Shown here: in pieces, positions 13,401 to 23,600 of the stretch | How positions within the stretch are numbered: the first letter of the stretch is position 1 | How the letters are laid out: the number at the start of each line of letters is the position of its first letter | NCBI GenBank assembly: GCA_013265495.1 | Contig: MU061538.1 | Location: forward strand, 1,817,339 to 1,881,338 | DNA length: 64,000 nucleotides | Source of the DNA: Vicugna vicugna | Taxonomy: Eukaryota | Reading direction: 5' to 3' | Position numbers and translations under genes: made by a program | The notes under the pieces: model-generated | What the model saw: the letters and a program-made list of their open reading frames with translations, nothing else | Told to the model about the DNA's origin: nothing | Databases searched by the model: none

Positions 13401-13939
13401 GTGCCCCTCACCCTCCCTGGGTGCCCCCCCTCGGCACTCCCAGCGTCTGGCTTCCTTTTTGTCCCCTCCACTTTCATTCTCCTCTGGCTACAGAGAATTT
13501 TCTAGTGACTCATGTGCTCGATGCTAATTTTTAGCAGCAGTCTATTCGTTAAAAAACGTTTGTCTCACTCTATTACTGTATTTGGTCAGATTTTTCACTA
13601 AAAAAATTGGAGCAGTGTGTTGAGTTATAACAGCAGTGGAAAGTTTCACACTGCTGCCTTGCTGACCAGCTGTCAATCTGCACCATAGCCAGGAGACTCC
13701 AGGACTCATGCCCCACCAGCCCTATCAGTCACCACTACAGTCATGAGTTGACAGAGAAGTACAGACAGGGAGACGGTGTCAGAGGAAGGACGGAGGGGAG
13801 AAAGGGAAGTCCACTGGGGCTATGTCCACTTAGCCCTTAAGTACTGGGTTGTACGAACAGCCAGGAAGCAGCAGCACTCACTATGGGAACTTTTCACCAA
13901 CTTACAACCACCTCACTAATTCCAGCAGAGGGTAGAGCA

Positions 13940-14165
13940 GAGCGGAGCCCGTGTCGCTGAGAACACCGTCGCCCCCCCCTCCACGCTCCCTCCGCCCAGC
14001 CCAGCCCAGCCCAGCCCCACTTCGGAGGGTCACTGTGGGACGCGCGTGGTCCGCAGCGTCGCAGCCACAGGCAGGACTCAGGCCCGCGGGCAGGAGCGCC
14101 GCTCCAGAGCCGCTTCCTCCGCCAGCGGCAGGGGAGTCAGAGAGTGACGGAGTCTCCTCATCCTG
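13940..14165. other. Short intronic CpG/GC-rich patch
   Basis: Visibly high CpG density compared with the flanks. Not an RBM33 coding exon, and not a repeat I recognise. Confidence 0.55.
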
Positions 14166-15109
14166 CGTCCCTGATTTCTGCTCACAGTCAGAAGCTGGGA
14201 AGAGGTTCCTGACTTTTCTGACCTGACTTCCAAACAGGGCTTTCTTCATTATTTAACATGTGAAGCCCCGATGTTTACTGCTGCTTTTCTTGCCAGGCTC
14301 ACATCATGCTGGGCTTACAGAGAATTGGAAAATGCATGGTTCCTTCTGCAAGCTGTGGTTATGTATGAATTCCATGATCGCATTTTAGTGCCTCAAGTCT
14401 CATCCCCCACTGATGAAGTTCTGAACGGCACCGCCACGTGGCTGCGGCGGCAACAGGCTCTTTATAACCTTCTTTCCTCCTTCCATTAGACAGTTAATTT
14501 CAAGCCCGCATAAAGACAGCTTTTCTCATTACAGATAAGGCAAAATGTAAGTGGAAAAGTAGACTGTAAGCAGAAGGTTTGTTAAATGTTGACTTTTACT
14601 TAGCCACAGGTTGAGACCAGGGAAAGTGTTCTCTCCTTAACACCCCCCTTCATCCTTTTCTAAAAGGAAGCAGTTACTGAATTATGAGAATGAACTCAAG
14701 AGACTGATGTGGTTAGTTTAGAATAAAAATTTCAAGCTGCCCTGAGAACTAGGTACATTACTTCTTGAGTCTCTAAGCACTTTCAGGTTTCCTGAAAGAT
14801 TATTTTGAGTATTAACTTCTAAAGATATTTTTTGGTATTAAACTGAAAATATATTGGAATCCTAAATCTTCCCCTTTTTGAATTTTAATATTGTGATTTT
14901 TCTCTTCCCCAAACCATCTTTTTACTGATCATCCACGTGCTAACTGCATATACAAAGGCATTCAAATGTTAGCAATACAGAAAACAGACCCCAGAATCTT
15001 TCTTCATCAGTAATACTGAACTAGAACTTTATTCTCACTTCCGAATGATCCTCTGTCCTAAAGCCATCAGTGACTGAGAAAGTGGACTCCAGAGCTAGAC
15101 CAGCGGGCT

Positions 15110-15270
15110 CTCTTAGCCTGTGTCTTCAGCCCTCCCACCCACTGGCATAGCCTTGTGTACGTGATCAAACCTCCCTGGGCCTCGGGTTCCCCACCTGTAA
15201 AATAGGGGTAACGGACAGTACCTTCCTCGTGGGAGAAGACGGAACGCGGGCAAAGTACTTTCAACAGCGC
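15110..15270 (+). mobile_element. MIR SINE
   Basis: Core motif aacctccctgggcctcgggttccccacctgtaaaatagggg. Confidence 0.7.
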
Positions 15271-16179
15271 CCGGCCAACAGCAAGAGCTCGCTGTGCTCG
15301 TCACTGTCGTCCTTACGTGACAGTTCTGCGGACAGCACTCCAGACCGCAGATCTTACTCCCTGGGTTCCGACAGTTTACATGTTTCCCTTCAAGGTAAAA
15401 GACAAATCAGCACAGATCCCCTTCCTGAGCTCTCCTTCGAGTTCGAACCAGAAAGCCTTCACAGATAAGGTACGACTGAGTACTGGAAATTTCACCTCCT
15501 TAATCTTCCTCAAATCCCACTTCTCTCTACCCTTCAGCTGCCGGAGCTGTGAGGGTAAGACTGTGTCTGTTTTATTCACCAGTGAACTTCCATGCTCAGC
15601 ACAGATCCTGGCACACAGATTCGTATAAACACGTCGTGGATGAATGAACTGCCTGCCTCTGTAAGCAAGGCAGCCTAGCGCCCATCTGATCACAGCAGGC
15701 TAAAGAGCTGACTGCCTCGGAGCACACAGTCAGCGGGTGGCGGAATAAAAGAGGTAAGGAAATAAAGGAGGTTAGGATCTGCTGACCTAGACGCTGGCAA
15801 TCGATCCCCAAGGCTCTTGAGCTGAGCAGACCAGGAACACATGTAGCGCAGCAGGACCAAAGAGAAGCCGAGATCAACAGACTCTCATTCTCTAACTTAC
15901 CTGTAGGGTGGGAATGATTTTAACCTGTACTGTGATGGTGTAATATAATTAGAGAGGAAAAGTGACATGAACATGGACACTCGTCTTCACCCTACAACTG
16001 TCTCCCTATTTTCAGAGAATAAGGTTATTCCCTGAAGCATGGAAACTAGGTGGAGAGCTGGTGGGGTGTACTTCCAACACTGCTGTTAAGGCAGCAGCCC
16101 AGGCCAGCTTCCCTTTCTCAGCTGTGGATCTAACTGAGGAATCACGCACATCTAAGACGCATGACCATCCTAAAACCAC

Positions 16180-16360
16180 GTAGGAGGACCGCAGGCTGAC
16201 TGGCCACGTGACCAAGTTCTGGTAAATGGCATGTGAGCAGAAGTGACAGGGGCCAGTTCCAGATCTGGTCAATTAAAGACAACCTCCTGTGAATAATCCC
16301 AGTCTTTGCCCACCTGCAATGGATGGAGAGAGAGGCCTCTGAGGGGCAGAGGAGGACACC
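16180..16360. mobile_element. MLT1-family (ERVL-MaLR) LTR fragment
   Basis: ggccacgtgaccaagttctggtaaatggcatgtgagcagaagtgac. Boundaries approximate. Confidence 0.6.
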
Positions 16361-18009
16361 CAGAGGGTGATTTGAGTGAAAAATAAACTTCACGGTGCCG
16401 AACTGCCGAGGGCTTGGGGCTGTTAGGTCAGTTCACCCCCCGACACTCTCGTGCTGGACACGCAAGGTCTCCTTTATCGCACTGGGCCACACCCTCAGAT
16501 GCTGCAAGGGCCGTCCTGGCAGGTGCGGGCTGCTTTGCCAAGGACTGCCTGACACGGCCCGCGCCCTCGGCCCCAGGACGGACAACTCTGAGGGAGGACT
16601 TACGCTCCAGAGTGCTACCCCCGGGATCAGGCCACGGCTGGAGACTTACCTGAGACCAAAGCACAGCCCAGCCGCACCACCTCCCTGGGCTGCACCCCCG
16701 TGCCCTTACCTAGTCCTGAGCTCCCAGACCCCCTCAGCCCGCACCACTGCTGCTGGCTGACTCTGCAGAGAGCTTCTCTGCCGTCTCACTCAACCCTGCT
16801 CAGGGAAGTCTTTAGAGCACCTCAATGACCTGCACAAGGGACAAGGTTAGAAAGCCCTGGAGCCCGGACTCACCCCCAGGGCACGCACACTTACCCCTAC
16901 GCTACCCACTGCTGGGTAGGAACAGCAGTGGGAGGAACTTACTTTCACACCCCCTTACCTGTCTGTTTCACAGTCACACGTGCACATGTAATGGTGTGAG
17001 ACTGTGTGTGTGCGCTTCAGAGCCAAGAAAACCAGTATGTGCTCACCAAGTGAAGTCAGAGAGCCATGGAAATCCCATGGCTGGCTTGACTAAGTGAAAG
17101 AAATCAGCAGTTCTTATCTGAGCAACTTCTGAGAGACAGATACAGGAGGCGGGAGCAGGGACGTCGCCTGCAGGTTAGAAAGAAACAGCTGACCCAGGCT
17201 GAGCAAACAGGGAGCTTCCGGCTCGGGAAGCAGGTTCAGTGGAGTAAGAATGGAAAAGGGGGGGTGTGGACTTAACCTTGAAACTCTAAGTGCCACTGGC
17301 AAGCTGTGGTAGCCTGGGACAGCGGGTGGAGGGCAGCGGGTGCCAGGTTAAGATCACGGCAGGTCACGCACAGGCCCCAAAGAAGCTGAAAGCCACACTG
17401 AGGTGTACAAATGAGGGAGAGCCACGTTGGGAAAGAGACAGCTTTAATGACAGATGCGTCAAATCCAACCAGGAAGACGCCCATCTCCCAAGACGAAGAA
17501 TGCATGCGTAAGAGCCAGGCGGTGGCAGGATTAGAAAGAAGGGGGCAGGCAACGCAGGTGTTCTTGAGAAGGAGAGGCAGTGGCTGATACAGCAACTAAG
17601 CCCCACTGACAGCAGTGGCTTACTGCTCTGGAGACGTCAGAGCACGCTGGACCCAAGAGAGACCACCAGGGAAGACGTGCGGGCCCGGGATTGCCTCTGT
17701 TTGTCCAAATGGAGAAGAGAACCTGAGCGCCTGAGTATGTAAAACAAAGCTTTAAAATAAAACCTGCCTACTGTTATTGGTACTGGCTGTATGAAGTCAA
17801 AATTTAACAAACAGTGGGTGTCATTAAACTCACGATACCATTTTTCCTCATTGTCTTCTGTTCCTTTTCGAACACAGACGTCACTTTCTTTTTCACTACT
17901 TACATAAATTTAAAATCCTGGCCCTAACTTTAAGCCACATAGAAAAGACTGCTAATTGCTTACCTAGTATAAACTCTTACTTCTTCCTTGGTAACAGAAG
18001 GACAACGCT

Positions 18010-18310
18010 GTGCCCAGGGGGCCACATGACTAGGCTCCGACCCACACGAGCTGGCACTGCTAGACGCTTTGCGGGGCAGGGGCTCTGGGAAGGCTCACGA
18101 GGGTCCCTCAGCTGGCAGGCACCTTTTGCTGCCTGATCCCCTCTCCTTTCTCAGCCTGGAACTTGGGTAGGAAAAAAGGCAGGGTGGTCTTTGGTAACAT
18201 TACAGAACTGCTATACCAACCTAGAAGAGATTTCTTTTTCATGCAAAAAAGACACTTGGTTTTTTAAGTCAACTGTTTACTGTTAACTGAATTTTCTGCT
18301 ACATGCAGCT
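18010..18310 (+). mobile_element. Old MLT1-family LTR
   Basis: gggccacatgactaggctc near the start and a tttttaagtcaactg...ttttctgctacatgcagc end motif. Confidence 0.55.
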
Positions 18311-19829
18311 TCATTCACATCCTTACTGACAAGCCAAGTACAAACTGTATCTTTCATAAATACAGCACCAAGAAACAGGCAGAATCAATCACTTTTCCTC
18401 TAAGGGATGAAGAAACTCAGATTTAGAGTTGAAATGAAAAATCCAAAGCTACACTGTCAATAAATACCCACACTTTCAGACTCTTGGCTTGTAAAGGGCA
18501 CTTCCTACCCTCACACACTGCTTCTCCTGCGACAGTCCGTCCTCAGGCAACGCCAAGCAAACCCCAGCTTCCCGAGTCCAGCATTCGTGACCTAAGCAGC
18601 TCTCTTGATGTGATCATTCATTTGATAATGTCCATCATTTCACGGGTCAAAAGGATAATAAATGACCAATTCTCTCCAGCAAATGCAGAATTTTAATTTT
18701 AAGACAGTGGGTTGTAAATCCCTCATTTAACAGAACTTTCAAAAGAGACGGCTACCTTAATCCTTTCAAGCAATTGCTCTATCTTGCTTTTCTTTATATC
18801 CCTTTAAAAGTCCAAGGCAAGAAATTATCATCCTCCCTCATATAATTCTCACACAAATTGCACTTTCAATTTTTGCATCTCTTGTTAATTATATGATGTT
18901 ATCTATATTAAGCCTATTCAGGAAGAACTGATAACTTCGGTTACAAAAAAAAAGGTAAAACTTTGCATAAATTGCTTAGCAAAGTTAATCGTATAATGCA
19001 AAGAATAAAGAGGCTCTAACAGCTATTATGTGACTTATCAGCTTCCCTAAAAGGGTCAGTTGGTATATTTTAATAAGACTAATTGAATACCTTAACAATG
19101 TCATTGAAACTTCATGAATCGTTCAATAAATCACAGCCTTTTGCTACAACGTTTTCATTTATTAATCTCACTTAAAATGCAAAGAACTGTATAAGAAACC
19201 AATAGACACTTAAGAATGACTCTCAGTTAATTCTCATTAAACCGGGTTACATGCAAAGAATGAAGACCACTAGTAACCCCTGACATAATTAAAATTATAG
19301 CCCTTTGTCACAATGTTAATCCTCTTATTTCAGTATTTTCCATAGATTTCTTTTTCTTCTGAGATTGTGCCTTGTTTAAATACCAACATTCATTTTCCTG
19401 GAAGGTACTTGCATATATTTACAGATGCTCTCTAAACATTCTGAAGCACCATCTACCCAGCAGCGAGCACGAGGTTTCACTTGCCGGGGGAGACGCACCA
19501 CGTGAAGCTACATATGTCAAGATAAGGCCGTGGGATCAAGCAATGAAACTAGAGCGCGCACTGAAGTTGTAACACTGCTACTGTAGTATGAAATACTGCT
19601 TCTAACACCATTTATTTACATTTCCTCATAAAATGGAAGTCCCTTTTTTCCGACACCTCGCCCAACAACCCCACCCGAAGACAGGCCCTGTCACAGGAAG
19701 CCTCTCCCCTTGAGCTCTGCTGACAGTCAGACTGACACAGCCATGACTCAGCTCATCAGATCCGATTATTCCTACCCCGCTCACTGAGGTGCAGTTTAGT
19801 ATCTAAAGAGAAAGGCAGAAGGCTCAGCA

Positions 19830-20015
19830 TGAGGAGGAGACTCAGACCTCCTTGGTTCCGATCCTACCTCCTGCACCCAGTTTTGTGAACTTGAGCAATT
19901 TAATTCTTCCAAGACTCAGTTTCCCTATCTGTAAATGAAGAAAGTGATACCTGCATGAGGCTGCTGAACATAAGCTCTGACCAAATCTGGAATATCGTAA
20001 TCACTCAATAACCTC
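19830..20015 (+). mobile_element. MIR SINE
   Basis: gtgaacttgagcaatttaa...ctcagtttccctatctgtaaatg. Confidence 0.7.
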
Positions 20016-20097
20016 TTTCTTTCCCACTGATCGTCGACAGTGTAAGCTCTAGGAAGACGACTTCCTCATTCAAAGCAGAACTGGTCAACAAAGCAAA

Positions 20098-20119
20098 GCA
20101 GCAGCAGCAGCAGCAGCAG
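20098..20119. repeat. (GCA)7 microsatellite (CUG on the transcript strand)
   Basis: Read directly from the sequence. Confidence 0.9.
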
Positions 20120-20174
20120 TCTACCAACGGGAAGCACAGTCTGTTTCAAATTTCTCTCCTGAATCACCTACCAC

Positions 20175-20660
20175 AGGACCCACAATCTCCACTCCTAGCT
20201 ATCCCCTGACAGCCATGCTCACACAAAAACCTGTATACAAATGTTCACAGCAACTTCATCCATAACACCCAAAGACAGGGAAGAACCCAAATGTCCAAAT
20301 GGTGAATGGGCAGGCAGACTGTGAGGCACCTGCACAACGGAGTAAGAAGAAAGGACAAAGCACAGACAAGTGCAACGAAAAGATGAATGAGTCTCAAGTG
20401 CACTGCACTGGGTGCAAGTAACCAGACCCAAAATGAAGCATGCCACGCGAGTCCATGTATACGTCGCAATTTTACGAACAGTAAACAGGTCAGTGGTTGT
20501 CGGAGGCTGGGGTGGGGAGAGGCGGCTGCCTACGAAGGGGCAGCATAAAGACGTCTCCTAGGCAGATGGAACTGTTCTCTGTCTTAATTGTGATGATTAT
20601 ATAACTGTATGTACTTAATAAAATTCAGACTTGTACATCAAAAGGATTAAATTTTTAAAA
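20175..20660 (+). mobile_element. L1MB/L1MC-type fragment (ORF2 end and 3'UTR)
   Basis: cacacaaaaacctgtatacaaatgttcacagcaacttcatccataa...aacccaaatgtcca. Confidence 0.75.
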
Positions 20661-23600
20661 TTAGAAAAAATTCTAATATTTTGGAAGAAGTGCTTTCAGG
20701 TACTTCGTAATTTTAAAATTGGGCTACTTTCAAAATTCATCTTAAAAATGCATCTAAACAGAACTATGGTTCTGGAACTATGGAACAAGGAATGCTGGAA
20801 AAGCAAGCATTAAAAAATAAATTAGTGTGCTTTTGCAGGACGTATCAGTAAAAACAGGACAGAGATTTTCTTGACACAGAAGGGGTTCTAAGAGTTTGAA
20901 ACTCTGTTACTGTCAGCATTTCATCTGCTGGATTATTAAATTACAGATGGACAAGTTGTGTTCAAGGTTTAGGTCTATTATACTTGGCCCTATATATCTG
21001 GGAGGATTTATGAAAGGTATTCAATTCAACGTAACTTAGCCAAAAATAAAACAGTTTACCACACTTTACAATGTGACTTAATGGTTCGATTTTACATGAT
21101 TTCAAAGAGTACTCCCTGGCCTTCTGAGTTACTGATGCAGACTCCCACCCACCCTGTCTCCACCCAGACACACACAACGTATGCGGACAAGACAGCAAGT
21201 CAAGCAAACGGGGCACGGGATTTTATAGCACCCATATTTAATGGCCGTTACCACAGTGTTTAGCCACGCCTGCTCCTGCTACGGATGGAACTCACTGACA
21301 TGATTAGCTTCGATGGTATGATAATGTATGGTAATCATGATTAATCAGAAGCCCACTAGCAAATGGAGGATGTTGGGTGTTGTGTCACCTGCATTTTAAA
21401 ATGCACTCTCTCCCCGCAAGGCTGACAGTACTTGACAGCTGGAAGGGTCTCCTCCCACATCCGCCTGCTACTACTCACAGATCTGGTAAGAGAAAATGCC
21501 CATCATTCTGTCCCTATCTTAAGTGCTAATAATTACAAAGCATTGCAGGCAAGTTGTAAAAACAGTATGGGCTCAAAAGAAAGACTTCTTTTTCCTAGGT
21601 GAAATAAAGTCTGCCTTCACTTCTGCACGGGATAAAATCATAAAGAACAGTAATTTGATGCCACAGTCTCATCAAACACGATTTGCATGAAAAGCCGTAT
21701 AAAATACATCCAGGAAGTGTCAATCACCACCACCTGACACCATGCACCCCGTTACACGGAAAGAGAATGCAGCCAGACCTACCTGTGAGGTGCTGTAACT
21801 ACACGGTAAGCACAGATGCAAATCTCATATACTGGGTCTACCTGATAATGGAATCACTAAGAAGACTAATTTAAACTTAGGACAGTAGTCTTTTTAAACA
21901 TAATTTTTAGTTTTAATTAAAATAAAGATCACTAGGAAATTATTCTGAAGCCAAACTATCCGGTATTTACCTGGCACCCCTGAAATACCAGACACACTAA
22001 TGCAAAATGAACGACTAAATAGGTTTTTTCAATACCCTAGGATCAGAACTTTTACAGCATGAGTTACGTAGAATTTATCTGTATGCTTATCTCACACCGA
22101 AAACAAATTAAGTTAGCAAAATCTCAAAGCAACACTTTTTAAAATATTATTAATCAACATTTAAGTGTTACTTTTTTAAGTGGGCAAACCTGAAAAACAA
22201 CAAACACTTGAGGACAAACACATAACTGGGAAACACTATGGATGAGGAAAGGACTTAAAACTTTCTATTAATGACAAAAACATCAGGAACAGTCTTTGCA
22301 GAAAGAAAAACCTATTAGACTAATGGTAAAACAAAGAACATGGGATTGGAAGCAGAATTCAGACAGACACATAAACAGAAGCCGACCTGCAGAAAGGCAG
22401 ACCAGGCTCCCCACCCCCACTCCCTGGTAAACACCAAAACAAAAAAGAGATCCACAGCCGGCCTGTGAAATCACACTCAAAGGTCCCGACGTGAACGAAG
22501 TGCTTCGTAAGTGGCCTAGGGGACAGCAGGTGCCTAGACGGTAAGACTGGACAGAAGAAAAGGAGTTGACATGGAGGCAGGATGGACACTCACTCAGTGG
22601 TGCCTTGAACTCCTAAGGCACAAGCTTTCTGTGTGTGATCAGCTCTTGTAAGTGTTCACTATTTCTAAGATACATTTTATATTCAGCAGATTCATACTCT
22701 GATAGGAAAATGGGTATGAAAAAGATTCATTTTCTGTTATGCTATCAACTGAGATATATGCATATTTCCAAAAAAGATTAATAACTCTTACTTGAAAAAA
22801 AAACTAACCCTGGGAATAAACGTTTAAGTGAGAAGACAGCTCTCATGGCTGTGTCCCTGACTAACATTACACACACGAGTCTAGTTTTCAGATAGAAACC
22901 TCAGTTACAGAGCACATGATTAAGTTCCATAAACAGGGGAAGAAGGGGGACCCCCATCCAGACGCAAAGATGAACATGACAGAAGTGCTGGCTCAGTGCC
23001 AAGAGCCTGAGCAGTATTTTCCAAAATGATCCAAAATAAGGAATCCTTTTCTTATATTCATTACTTTGAAATTCAAATCTTTGTTTTAGACACTGCTTAT
23101 TCAATTCTCTAAATAAATTCATTAACAGGAAATAAAAATATAAGTATTGCTACATTAAGCATAGCCTAGAATATATTTGGGGCCAAGATTTGAATTTTAA
23201 AAAATAATTGTAAACAAGTCTATAAAAAAAAGTGTTTCATTTTAGGTTGCCTAGAGGTCTCTGTGATTTTTAACTAAAAAACGGGAGATGTTACCACTTA
23301 CTACGGGTTCTAGGCATGCTAGTTCTAAATTAGGAATTTCTCAAGTTTCCATAAAATTGTTAAACAAAACGGACTCTTAAGAAAGTACAGTTCACTACTG
23401 GTAGGGAAGAGAAGGAGCACCTTAGCATTAATACCGACCGGCCCCTAGTTCCTTTAAAATTCGGAAATCTAGTGCTCCTTCTGCCTACTGCCTGTCTTTT
23501 TCACTCTTTAGTCAGCTGGGGAGAGCTGAATTCTTGTATGGTTACACTGTGGATGATGCAGTGCTACTGTGCAAATTCATATATGTATCCTTGAAAACAA

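Noticed and set aside
13902..14249. 115-aa minus-strand ORF as an extra RBM33 coding exon
   Set aside because: The donor at its end is phase 2 in this frame whereas exon 10 needs phase 0, and the peptide does not resemble RBM33.
15312..15400. AG...GTAAG pair defining a 30- or 71-nt exon
   Set aside because: The AAG acceptor and both donors are modest, in line with chance pseudo-exons.
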